Shown here: piece by piece, positions 9,906-19,332 of the stretch
Layout: every line of letters begins with the position of its first letter
Numbering within the stretch: the first letter of the stretch is position 1
Virus record (IMG/VR): IMGVR_UViG_3300036670_000250
Coordinates: 5,898-69,897 of that record
DNA from: a virus
Direction: 5' to 3' (one strand)
DNA length: 64,000 bases
Position numbers and translations under genes: made by a program
The notes under the pieces: generated by a model
What the model was told of the DNA's origin: nothing
Databases searched by the model: none
The model's input: the letters and a program-made list of their open reading frames with translations, nothing else

Positions 9906-10506
9906 CTACGTCTTGTATATCCTCTTCGTTAATGCTTTCTTGTAATGCTTTCATTAAATCTTTAGTTCCCCTAGTTTTTACACCAGTTGAATTCGATCCG
10001 TTTTTGCGTGGCGCATTATCATTGCTACCATGATAAATATCAATATCCCTTGCTATTTTTTTTGCGTTTTCTTCTATCGCTATAAGATACATTGTTTGGC
10101 TTTTTATAATGTCCAATAAAGTTCGCTGTAGGTCAGATAATACTTCGAACATTCTAGGTGAAACATCGCCTTCATGAATGGTTGTCATTAATAAGGTAAT
10201 AGCAATTTCGCTATTTTCCATTTGTCTTATTAGCATTGATAGCGCGTACTGATCTAATTGAGCCTTTGCTCTAATATATTCGTGTTCTGCTATTATTTCT
10301 TCACTTAAATAAAAAGAAAGCAAACTATTTAGTGTTTTCTCAGCCTTATTTTTAGCTTTATTTAGTTGTGCTGCTTGATTATTTGAACTTTTTACAGGTT
10401 GCAGTTTTATGTTACTATTTTCTAAGTAACCAGCAACTTCATTAGGTAAATCATTTAAAAGATCTCCTAAACTATCTCGAAATTTGTCTTTTGATGATTC
10501 TTTCAT
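9883..10506 (-). CDS. Helical protein, possible terminase small subunit
   Basis: SPRMFEVL motif and G-T-K-D-L tail reminiscent of gp16. Located upstream of terL. Confidence 0.4.
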   Translation of the reverse strand: MKESSKDKFRDSLGDLLNDLPNEVAGYLENSNIKLQPVKSSNNQAAQLNKAKNKAEKTLNSLLSFYLSEEIIAEHEYIRAKAQLDQYALSMLIRQMENSEIAITLLMTTIHEGDVSPRMFEVLSDLQRTLLDIIKSQTMYLIAIEENAKKIARDIDIYHGSNDNAPRKNGSNSTGVKTRGTKDLMKALQESINEEDIQDVDGDQDEE

Positions 10507-10533
10507 ATACTATATTTATAATATATATTCTAC

Positions 10534-12489
10534 TTATCTACTATTAGATTCTTTTGAAAGAAGTAATTGCGGAGAACTGTTATCTAACAATAGAGTTAAA
10601 TGAGTATCTTTTACAACATATTGAGATAGTATTAGCGATTGCAATTCTTGTTCAATTGGCTTTTTCCATATACGTATGTTTGTAATATCCAACTTACATC
10701 CTAGTAATTTCCATGCATTAGAATCATTTACTTTAACTGCGTTATATTCTTTTGTTTCCATAAAAGATAACATTAATGATGAACTGATATCAGGGTTAAT
10801 CGATCCGGTATTTTCAACAGTTTCATAAACAAATAAGCTTAATTGTTTAGCTAAGCTATTTAAGTTTACTACAATTGCATACCATGAATCATTATAAAAA
10901 GTAATATTTTGTGATTTAATATTGTATTTAAAATATAAATCATTAATCTTGATAATAAACCAATTCGGGGTTTGTGTAAATGCTATTATGTTTGATTGCG
11001 GTATTAAAGAATTTTCGTATACCATAAACGTATTGCTATCTTCCTTATTAAATCTTGAGTTGCCTTGTAATGTATTAGTCGTATATTCAGTATCAATATT
11101 AATGCTAGTAGATCCAACTGAAATGATTTTATGAATTCCATTATACGAAGCAGTACCTACTATATTTATCCAATCTCCAGTTTTTAGTGAGTCGGCGCCA
11201 TCTGGTAATTGTGAAGAATTAAGTTTAACTTTTCCGCTGCTATTACTAATGCTTACAATTACTATGTTAATTCCAATAGGTTTAATATATTTAGGTCTTA
11301 TCCAAAACGTGAAAGCTCTATCTTCTATATCAGACCAACCACTATTGTACCTATATTCAACTGCATCTGTTTGTTCAGTTATTGTGTTTAGTTGATAATT
11401 ATATTTAGAAATAATTGTCCAATTGTTATAAATATTTTCTTCTTTAATTAAAAGTTTTTTATCTAAAATCCGTCTGATATAATCATTTGATAACGTACCT
11501 ATTGTATTATATTGATTAGGCTTTCTTGCGTTATCAAGTTCTTCATTACGTTCTTTACTAAAAATATCTTCACTATTAACTAAAGAATCCTTTATTGCTT
11601 CAATATTTTTATCTGGATAAAGCACAGCGGTTCTTTGTTGATATGAAACTAAACTTACTCTCCAATAAGAGCCTGCGTATAAAAAATCATCTGATTCTGC
11701 AACTGCGTCAATTTCATACATCTTATTAGTATACTGTTCTAGATATAAATAATCTCTCATTTGAGGCTTTGTACCAACTCCAAATACCTGTTCAAATGCA
11801 GACTTAACAATATGAACTTCAAATTGTAATGGAAAATCCATCATAAGAGGAGTAAATTGAATTTCTCTAGAAGGCAATTGATTATCAGGAAACATAATCT
11901 TTACTTCTGCGTTTGCTATTACGTTAAACAATGAATATTCTTTAAGTATTACATCTCTGCTTCTTTGGTCTGCCGATGTTTTAAAGTATTTAACGCAAAA
12001 TCCAAATAAGTTAGATGCAACAGCGGATAGCTGATTATACATTTGAGATGCTCTAGATAAATCATAAGGATTCCATGAACCGGCGCAACAATCTACAACT
12101 AAGTTTTGTGAACCTGATAACGAATTACTATCTGTGCAGTTAATTTGAGGTATTTTACAAATAACTCCGTTATCCGTAACTATTTCCAGTGAAATAGATT
12201 TAAATATTAATAAACCATCACCCACCTGCTCATATTTGTATTGTACCCATAATGGATTGTGTGGATTTAAGAGCAGCCCTATTAAACTTGCATCTGTTAA
12301 AGTGATCCAATCAGAATATGTAACGCCATCAATACCCCATCTAAAATACTTATTAAAATAAACTGATGTACTTTCATTTTCAACTTCATCACTATAACTT
12401 AGTACTTCTACTACGTTTTTGTAAGGCTCTTGAAGACTAACTAAAAGTGCGTCGCCATTTTCAGATGTTTGTGATCCAGTAACAGCCAT
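10534..12489 (-). CDS. Neck/head-closure protein (gp14-like core) with extra beta-rich (LamG-like) domains
   Basis: FGFCVKYF...DVILKEY and PQMRDYLY motifs. C-terminal WYAIVV...ITNIRIWKK. Confidence 0.5.
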   Translation of the reverse strand: MAVTGSQTSENGDALLVSLQEPYKNVVEVLSYSDEVENESTSVYFNKYFRWGIDGVTYSDWITLTDASLIGLLLNPHNPLWVQYKYEQVGDGLLIFKSISLEIVTDNGVICKIPQINCTDSNSLSGSQNLVVDCCAGSWNPYDLSRASQMYNQLSAVASNLFGFCVKYFKTSADQRSRDVILKEYSLFNVIANAEVKIMFPDNQLPSREIQFTPLMMDFPLQFEVHIVKSAFEQVFGVGTKPQMRDYLYLEQYTNKMYEIDAVAESDDFLYAGSYWRVSLVSYQQRTAVLYPDKNIEAIKDSLVNSEDIFSKERNEELDNARKPNQYNTIGTLSNDYIRRILDKKLLIKEENIYNNWTIISKYNYQLNTITEQTDAVEYRYNSGWSDIEDRAFTFWIRPKYIKPIGINIVIVSISNSSGKVKLNSSQLPDGADSLKTGDWINIVGTASYNGIHKIISVGSTSINIDTEYTTNTLQGNSRFNKEDSNTFMVYENSLIPQSNIIAFTQTPNWFIIKINDLYFKYNIKSQNITFYNDSWYAIVVNLNSLAKQLSLFVYETVENTGSINPDISSSLMLSFMETKEYNAVKVNDSNAWKLLGCKLDITNIRIWKKPIEQELQSLILSQYVVKDTHLTLLLDNSSPQLLLSKESNSR

Positions 12490-12493
12490 TAAA

Positions 12494-12928
12494 TTAAGAG
12501 TTTATTTGTGAAGATTCATGAAAATTTTCACTGCTGTTTTTCTCCCCTTTATATGTTTCTCCAATTATGTAAGATCCAACAAATGGGGTAAGAGCTGCAA
12601 AGTATGCAGACATTCCTAGTAAGTCACTGTTTTTAACAATAACAAAAATACCTACAATTAGCCATAAAGCAATAGTGATATACATTACTATTTCACGTCT
12701 ACTTGTAGTGCCTTTTGAAAATATTGATGTTTTTTCACTCTGTCTAACACTCTCACCAAGAATGTATGCGGTAATAAAACCAATAAGTGAAACAAAATAT
12801 GCCGCTAAATCAGTAAAGCTAGTGTCAAAGAATGTTGCAACAATACCAACGTTGACCCAAAGAAAAATAACAAGATAAGTAACACATTCCCTTTTAGATT
12901 TACAACATTTTCTAAAAAATTTAATCAT
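12494..12928 (-). CDS. Membrane protein with 4 TM segments and an internal duplication (holin candidate)
   Basis: Two copies of S(K/R)RE..Y...LW..VGI...AYF..L..F...YI.GE. Hydrophobic. Confidence 0.55.
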   Translation of the reverse strand: MIKFFRKCCKSKRECVTYLVIFLWVNVGIVATFFDTSFTDLAAYFVSLIGFITAYILGESVRQSEKTSIFSKGTTSRREIVMYITIALWLIVGIFVIVKNSDLLGMSAYFAALTPFVGSYIIGETYKGEKNSSENFHESSQINS

Positions 12929-12955
12929 AAAGAAATATTTTTATTTATATATTCC

Positions 12956-13624
12956 TTAGTATGGTGTATAATCTGTTATAACTAAGAGGATAGGATTGTC
13001 TTCTTCTAATTTATGGTCAATTCCATCTAATAATTCAAAGGTATTTAATAAGCCTTCTGATTCTAACTCTTCTAATAATAAAAAAAGATCGGTGGTTTTC
13101 ATATAAAAATAAGACAACCTGTCTAAATATTCATTTGACAACACGCCAGACTTAATTATTTTTTTGTTAATTATATCTAAAGACTTTCTATCAAATACTT
13201 CAGTTAAATTAAAAACACCTTCATTTATTTTAAAATAAAAGCTTAAATATTCACGCTTTTCTGTTTTTATTAATCTAGTAAAATCTTTATCATATGATAT
13301 ATTAAAAGTTAAAAGTTCAATTTGCTCCAATTTACTAAAAATTGACCATAAAAAAAATATTGAATTTGGTTTGTTTGTATTTGCAGATTGAGATTCTAAC
13401 GTATAAAACTTTATAATTTCAGTAGTTAATCTTTTACTTTTTTGCAATGCAAATTTAAATGAAGTAGCATCGACTGTATATAACTCAGCATCAACCCCGT
13501 TTAGGTTTTTGCATTCTGCTAAAACTTTAGAAATTATAATGCTATCAATATAATCAAATTTATAAAGAGTAAAACTAATATGAGTAGGTATGTTTAATTC
13601 AAAATGATTCTTAATTGACGTCAT
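12956..13624 (-). CDS. Hypothetical protein
   Basis: 222-aa ORF in the operon, no recognised motif. Confidence 0.6.
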   Translation of the reverse strand: MTSIKNHFELNIPTHISFTLYKFDYIDSIIISKVLAECKNLNGVDAELYTVDATSFKFALQKSKRLTTEIIKFYTLESQSANTNKPNSIFFLWSIFSKLEQIELLTFNISYDKDFTRLIKTEKREYLSFYFKINEGVFNLTEVFDRKSLDIINKKIIKSGVLSNEYLDRLSYFYMKTTDLFLLLEELESEGLLNTFELLDGIDHKLEEDNPILLVITDYTPY

Positions 13625-14021
13625 TGCTTATTTGTTTTTCTAGAATGTCTATTGCACGCTTTACTTCATAGGTGTCATATTTTAACGCCTCTAAAAATTC
13701 TCTATTACCAATTTCATTAAATTTCATATAAATTTCAACAGCCTTAGTATTTGGTACCCAAACTTTTTCTTTAGGTTTTGCTTTAACTTTCGTATAGATA
13801 AAACCTGGAACTCTAGAAAATTTTGATGAAACCATTCGCCACGCTTCAGCTTGACCAACTACATCTATTTTTAATGTATTAAATAAATTAGCTTGGACTG
13901 GAAATTTAATGCCCATAAATCTATTAACCATAAAAGCATTTTTAGATTTATCATAGTTAGAAACTTTATCCCATTGTTCATCTTTCCCAAACAATACTTT
14001 AATATAATCAAATAGTTGCAT
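13611..14021 (-). CDS. Probable clamp loader small subunit (gp62-like)
   Basis: LFDYIK...FMVNRFM pattern, size, and proximity to gp44. Confidence 0.5.
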   Translation of the reverse strand: MQLFDYIKVLFGKDEQWDKVSNYDKSKNAFMVNRFMGIKFPVQANLFNTLKIDVVGQAEAWRMVSSKFSRVPGFIYTKVKAKPKEKVWVPNTKAVEIYMKFNEIGNREFLEALKYDTYEVKRAIDILEKQISNDVN

Positions 14022-14063
14022 TTTTATATTTATAAGAAATTAAATAATATAGTTTAAGAAATA

Positions 14064-15284
14064 TTAAAAGATTTTAGTTGTCGAGTTACGGTCTTTAATA
14101 AAGGAAAAATCAGTAGAATCATCTTCATTATTTTTAAAAATTTTAGATGGAATTCCTTTTAAGTTTTCTTTTATTTTATATGAGCTATTTTCTAAAAGAA
14201 GTTTCATTGAAGAAATTTCTGTTAAATTTGGAACAATTTTATCTAAGACAGATTCAATGTGATTAAACATTTCATCAAGTATTCCACTTGGTATTGATTC
14301 AGATGATAGCACCATTAAATTTACATTTGACCTAATGTTTGTTATAATTTGATCAATGCTCATATGTTTTACTTTCATAACTTTAAAAATTATATTGGCA
14401 AGGTCAATTACTAATTCATTATTGTACAAGTATTTATATGAAAGATTACCATGGCTTTTTTTAAACTCTGCTATAATCTCTGATGATTTTTTATCGCTAA
14501 TACCATATCTTCTATTGTTTTGGATATACCAGTATGCTGGTAATACGTTATCTCCACCATCGCCGGTTAATACTTTTGCAAATCTAAATTCCTCAGGATC
14601 AACTTCTAAAATATTAACTTTCTTTTTTGTAATTAAAGTTTGTAGTAATTTTTTTATTTGGTTTTCAGGCGATGTTGAAAGTTTTATCATATCAAAAATG
14701 TTATCTGTCTCTGCTTCATTAGAAGCATTCATCCATTCTGAAAAACCATTGTACGCATATATTTTTTTATGAGCTGGGGAAAACACTATAGTATGAGCGC
14801 CATTATCTGATTTATTAACAAGCTGAACAATGTCTTTATCGCCAGTAAACATAATAACAGATTTACCGCTAGCAATAGATTCAGCATTCCATGCAAACAT
14901 TAAGTCATCACCTTCTGCCCCATTGATTTTAGATATTTGTACTCCTTTACTTTCAAGTATATCTATAAAGTCATTAGATACTGTTGAAAAATTTGACCAA
15001 TTAATATTGCTATCTTGTTTACGGTTGCCTTTATAATCTGCCTCAGGATAAAAATCTTTACGCCAAGATCTTGAATCAACAGTCCATACTACTTTATCAA
15101 TTAAACCTTCAAATAATCTAACTTGATATGATAAATCAGTTGCTAATTTTGATATAAATGATTGCATATCATCTTTATCATCTAACAGAGGCTTTGATTT
15201 GCTGCGCTGTGGTGCAACGTATAAAGTTCTAAATAAGAAGTAATTTCCATCAATAACTAATGTATGTCTTTTATTTTTTGTCAT
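14064..15284 (-). CDS. rnh: RNase H / 5'-3' exonuclease (FEN family)
   Basis: VIDGNY, SWRKDFY..YKGNR, EGDD, GDKDIVQL and GDGGDNV motifs. Confidence 0.9.
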   Translation of the reverse strand: MTKNKRHTLVIDGNYFLFRTLYVAPQRSKSKPLLDDKDDMQSFISKLATDLSYQVRLFEGLIDKVVWTVDSRSWRKDFYPEADYKGNRKQDSNINWSNFSTVSNDFIDILESKGVQISKINGAEGDDLMFAWNAESIASGKSVIMFTGDKDIVQLVNKSDNGAHTIVFSPAHKKIYAYNGFSEWMNASNEAETDNIFDMIKLSTSPENQIKKLLQTLITKKKVNILEVDPEEFRFAKVLTGDGGDNVLPAYWYIQNNRRYGISDKKSSEIIAEFKKSHGNLSYKYLYNNELVIDLANIIFKVMKVKHMSIDQIITNIRSNVNLMVLSSESIPSGILDEMFNHIESVLDKIVPNLTEISSMKLLLENSSYKIKENLKGIPSKIFKNNEDDSTDFSFIKDRNSTTKIF

Positions 15285-15366
15285 TGTATTCTGTTTTTAT
15301 AAATAGTAACAAATTATACTATAAATTGAAAGTTTTTGCTATTATAAAGATTAATAAATTATTATT

Positions 15367-16329
15367 TTAAACACCATTCAGTATACTCTGGACTTCATAA
15401 ATGCATGCTAACATACATACCGCTGGGTCAATTACAAGCTGGCGTTGTGATTGATATTTAGATACTGTTACAATAACCTGTGGTATGAATGAAATGTATG
15501 AAGGTCTTTCATGTTGTATGTACTGTATGAATTCTGCACCTAACGAAGAAAGTACATCATCAACACGGTTTGCATAATTTGATAGCATATATTGATAATT
15601 TTTAACAGGATCTGTTTCATCAATAACTAAGTCAAAAATATCTTTATAAACAGAACTAAACTTTTTAATATCATTTACTGTTATTAGCTCCAGACCTTGT
15701 GATTTAAATCCCTGTAATTGATTTAACATATTTCTTAAATCTGGAAATTTTCTTTTCACTAATTCAACTGCTGCATGTTTCTCAATACCAATTTCCTCTT
15801 CTTTACATATTTCTAATATCCTAAGGATATAACTCTTCATAATTTCAGATTCCTCTTCTTTTGTAAAATCAAAATCAATCATTTCAAATCTAGATTGTAT
15901 TGGATCTGGTACTTTGTTAATATAATTACATGTTGCAACAAATCTTGCGTTAGATGCAAATTGATCCATAGTTGCGCGCAAAGCTTTAAAAAACTGGTCT
16001 GACACACCATCTATTTCATCTAAAATTATTACTTTAAGTTTTCCAGGTTCATCCATAATAGAACGATTTGCGCAAAAATCAGTAATACGGTTTCTAACAA
16101 CATCAACCGAGGTATCTGTTGACGCGTTGATGTATAAATATGGATGATTAAAATGCTTTACTAAAGCCTTGGCTGCACTCGTTTTACCAGTACCAGGTGA
16201 ACCAAATAATAATAAATGTTGATAAACACCTTTTGATAATTTATCACCTACTCTTTTTGGTGTAATAAGATCATCTAAATTTTTAGGACGATACTTTTCA
16301 GTTAAAAGTATGTTTTGTATGTTGCGCAT
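15367..16329 (-). CDS. gp44: Clamp loader large subunit (gp44/RFC-like)
   Basis: EKYRP, GSPGTGKT, ILDEID, TCNY and SRF motifs. Confidence 0.93.
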   Translation of the reverse strand: MRNIQNILLTEKYRPKNLDDLITPKRVGDKLSKGVYQHLLLFGSPGTGKTSAAKALVKHFNHPYLYINASTDTSVDVVRNRITDFCANRSIMDEPGKLKVIILDEIDGVSDQFFKALRATMDQFASNARFVATCNYINKVPDPIQSRFEMIDFDFTKEEESEIMKSYILRILEICKEEEIGIEKHAAVELVKRKFPDLRNMLNQLQGFKSQGLELITVNDIKKFSSVYKDIFDLVIDETDPVKNYQYMLSNYANRVDDVLSSLGAEFIQYIQHERPSYISFIPQVIVTVSKYQSQRQLVIDPAVCMLACIYEVQSILNGV

Positions 16330-16346
16330 AATAAAGTTGTTTATTT

Positions 16347-16372
16347 TTATATGTTAAACTCTTTAGTAGTTT
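16347..16372 (-). promoter_or_regulatory. Putative middle promoter AAAC(T/A)-N16-TATAA (representative copy upstream of gp44)
   Basis: Exact spacing also at 14030, 37563, 43794, 47434, 51222, 54783 and 59682. Confidence 0.7.
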
Positions 16373-16402
16373 ACTCTAATATATAAAAAAACCAGTTAGC
16401 TA

Positions 16403-17203
16403 ATGAGAAAAATTAGAAAAATTATACAACCTGCCAAACCTGTACATATAATTAAAGAAACTAACAGTGCTATTGTTGAAAAAAATTATCAAAAAAATAC
16501 AATTAGCAAAATTAGTATTAAAACAGAGCGCACCCCTAATATACAAACAACAAAAGACAGAAGATTTAGTAGAGTAAATACAGCTAAACCACATTTATAT
16601 AATGTTGAGCCTATATGGAAAGGTGAAACTGTTTATGTAATTGGTGGTGGCCCATCATTGATAGATTTTAATTGGAATTCATTAATAGGCAAAAGAACAA
16701 TTGTAATTAATAAATCTATTTTATCATATCCAGGTGCGGATGTTGTGTATTGGACGGATTCTAGGGTTTACGGCTGGTATAAGAATGAAATTAACGAGTT
16801 TAAAGGATTAAAAATTACAATAAGAAATCATGCATCATATTCAGCTGATATTAAAGTTTTAAAGAAAGGCTGTAAATTTGGTTTAGAAGAATCAAAAGAT
16901 TCGCTGTGTCATGGTAATAATAGCGGTTACGCTGCAATTAATCTTGCATATTTACTTGGAGCAAAGCAAATAATATTATTAGGTTATGATATGAAAAACG
17001 ATGGAAAACAAAGTCACTATCATGACGGTTATCCAGTACCTGCAACTGGTAATAATGTTTACAAAGATCAGTTTATACCAGGCTTTGAAATTTTAGCAGG
17101 ACTATTAAAAGACAAAAATGTTAAAGTATATAATGCATCAATTAATAGTGATTTGTTAGTGTGGCCAAAGATTAGTTTTGAAAAAGCATTATCTCTTAGA
17201 TGA
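16403..17203 (+). CDS. DUF115/MAF/GT29-like fold protein (putative nucleotide-sugar transferase)
   Basis: VYVIGGGPSL and NSGYAAINLAYLLGAKQIILLGYD motifs. The only credible plus-strand gene. Confidence 0.6.
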   Translation: MRKIRKIIQPAKPVHIIKETNSAIVEKNYQKNTISKISIKTERTPNIQTTKDRRFSRVNTAKPHLYNVEPIWKGETVYVIGGGPSLIDFNWNSLIGKRTIVINKSILSYPGADVVYWTDSRVYGWYKNEINEFKGLKITIRNHASYSADIKVLKKGCKFGLEESKDSLCHGNNSGYAAINLAYLLGAKQIILLGYDMKNDGKQSHYHDGYPVPATGNNVYKDQFIPGFEILAGLLKDKNVKVYNASINSDLLVWPKISFEKALSLR

Positions 17204-17680
17204 TTTGCGCACGTGAGTTAAAAACTCTCTTAGTTCTCCTTTCAAGAGAGATTTACAGTGTTTAGTAAACGCAATAGACGATTCTATTATTCTTTGATCA
17301 ACTCTTTTATTTTGTGTATTATGAGTTTCACTACATAATTTGCAAACAAAATTTTCAACTTTTTTTGAGTCCATTCTGGTTTTAATTACAGACGAACATA
17401 TTGCACATTTCCATTTTATGAGATTTGAATCAAATTCAACATCTTTAATTGTTGTAAACGTTTCACGAAATGGGTTCCATAAAATTTTGTTTGGATTTTT
17501 TTCATGGTCATGCATGTCTTCTATTTTAAAAATAACCTCAAACGCTTGAACATCAGAGTTTAACCATTTCATAAAATGATTTTCCATTAATAAGAGCTGT
17601 TTTGAAGGCGGCAGGTTTTCTAATAAAATACCGTGACGCCTCCTAAACCAACCAAAATTAATTTTTCTAACTTTATACAT
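17189..17680 (-). CDS. Hypothetical zinc-finger protein
   Basis: CAIC...CKLC. Confidence 0.6.
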   Translation of the reverse strand: MYKVRKINFGWFRRRHGILLENLPPSKQLLLMENHFMKWLNSDVQAFEVIFKIEDMHDHEKNPNKILWNPFRETFTTIKDVEFDSNLIKWKCAICSSVIKTRMDSKKVENFVCKLCSETHNTQNKRVDQRIIESSIAFTKHCKSLLKGELREFLTHVRKSSKR

Positions 17681-18650
17681 TCATATTGTTATATAACAAA
17701 TTGAACTTAGTTGCAATAGATTCATTAACGTGAGATACTGACTCTTTTTGTAATACTAAAAGGTCTTTTTTTAGTTCAGCCTTTCTTTTAGTAAGTTCTG
17801 CTAAATCTTCAGTTGAATCGTTAAGACGTTTTTGATTTTTTAATATATCAGCGTCAGAACCTCTACCAGCAGAAACATCTATTTTAGATTGTTTTAAATC
17901 TGACTTAAGTTTGCTGATTGCAGTCATTTCATCGGTAATATTAGCGTCAATTTCTTTAATGTCGTTTTCTAATTTACTAGTTTTATCCACCATCATTTCC
18001 TGTGCTGCTTCTTTTTTCTTTGCTGCTTCTTTTTTCTCTGCTGCATCATTATTTAATGAAGCTAGTTGATCTGTTGATGTATTATCCGGTGAAGACTGTG
18101 TGTCTGTTTTAGCATCATCCTTTGCTTTAGTTGTTTTTACATAATCTTTAAGCTCGGCTGAATCATTTGCTATTTTTTTATTTAAATCCTGTATTTTTAA
18201 CTTAAGCGCTTTTGCTTCTTCACCATCTGCTACTCTAGCAGTAATTGTAGCTGCAGCGATTTTTGATTTATTTTTTGCAATACTTGCAATAGTTTTTAAA
18301 CCAGGTGTTGTCGCGTATGTGTCAATATTAGCAGCAATAGCTGATGCTTTGTCGGTAAGTGCTAGATTTTTTTGTTTATTAGCAGCAGCTAAAACTTCTT
18401 TTTGTTTTGCGTCTAATGTACCTGCTGCCTTTTTCTTTTCAAAATCTAAATCATTAATTGATTTTTGTACTATTGCTGTTTGATATTTTTTTGAAGCACT
18501 TTTAATTTGGAGAAATTTAACTGGACTACCTAAGGCTGCTCCAATATTTTCATTTAAGCTAATTTCAAAAAGATGATCTAAAAAAGAATCCAGGTGTTCA
18601 TTTGCTTCTACTATAATTTTAAAATTGTCAAAGTTATTTAAGGTTTTCAT
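17673..18650 (-). CDS. Coiled-coil protein, probable internal head protein
   Basis: Lys/Ala-rich. N-terminal MKTLNNFDNF..VE resembles a capsid-targeting sequence. Confidence 0.5.
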   Translation of the reverse strand: MKTLNNFDNFKIIVEANEHLDSFLDHLFEISLNENIGAALGSPVKFLQIKSASKKYQTAIVQKSINDLDFEKKKAAGTLDAKQKEVLAAANKQKNLALTDKASAIAANIDTYATTPGLKTIASIAKNKSKIAAATITARVADGEEAKALKLKIQDLNKKIANDSAELKDYVKTTKAKDDAKTDTQSSPDNTSTDQLASLNNDAAEKKEAAKKKEAAQEMMVDKTSKLENDIKEIDANITDEMTAISKLKSDLKQSKIDVSAGRGSDADILKNQKRLNDSTEDLAELTKRKAELKKDLLVLQKESVSHVNESIATKFNLLYNNMNV

Positions 18651-18656
18651 AATGTT

Positions 18657-19238
18657 TTATTTTTTGTTTATTTCTTTATTTAAAGTTTTAATTGTTTTAA
18701 TATCTTCATTCTTTATACTTTTTAAAATTTTTGCAATTTCAGAATCTGCTAATTTTATAGTTGCATCGTTAGCTTTAATTCTAATTTCAAATTTAATAGA
18801 ATCTACATATTTTTGTAATTTAACAGAATCTTTACCAACTTCATCCATTTGATTTATTAATATCGATTCACGATCTTGTAGCGTTTTTATTTTTATAGAT
18901 TTTGCTTTATCTGCATTATTTACTTTTGATGAAGTTATTTCATAGTTGTTGTCATCGTTATTCTTTACTTGATTAAGTTGCATTTTAAACAATTCAATGT
19001 CATCTTCTTCAATTTCAAGTTTCATTAACTCTATTTTTGTTTTAAGTAGATCTTTGCCAAACTTATCTAATTTTCTTTTTTGTATTGGATTAGTAAAAAT
19101 ACCTTTAATAAAATCAAAAAAACCTTCGCTAACTATTTCAGTAAATTCATCATACGACATATGAGTCATTACTAATTCATAAGCTTCACTAATAAATAGA
19201 TCATGATTAAATTTTTTAAAGTTTGGAATACTACTCAT
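18657..19238 (-). CDS. Coiled-coil protein, probable internal head protein
   Basis: MSSIPNFKKF...ISE and VSEGFFDFIK motifs. Late promoter upstream. Confidence 0.5.
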   Translation of the reverse strand: MSSIPNFKKFNHDLFISEAYELVMTHMSYDEFTEIVSEGFFDFIKGIFTNPIQKRKLDKFGKDLLKTKIELMKLEIEEDDIELFKMQLNQVKNNDDNNYEITSSKVNNADKAKSIKIKTLQDRESILINQMDEVGKDSVKLQKYVDSIKFEIRIKANDATIKLADSEIAKILKSIKNEDIKTIKTLNKEINKK

Positions 19239-19277
19239 ATTTATTTGTTTTATTTATATATCTGTTAAATCATAAGA

Positions 19278-19308
19278 TAAAAAAAGGTTCACCGCGGTGA
19301 ACCTTTTT
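19278..19308 (-). terminator. Intrinsic terminator after the major capsid gene
   Basis: Perfect palindrome aaaaaggttcaccgcggtgaaccttttt. Confidence 0.85.
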
Positions 19309-19332
19309 GTTTAATAAAACGTTAGTTAAACA

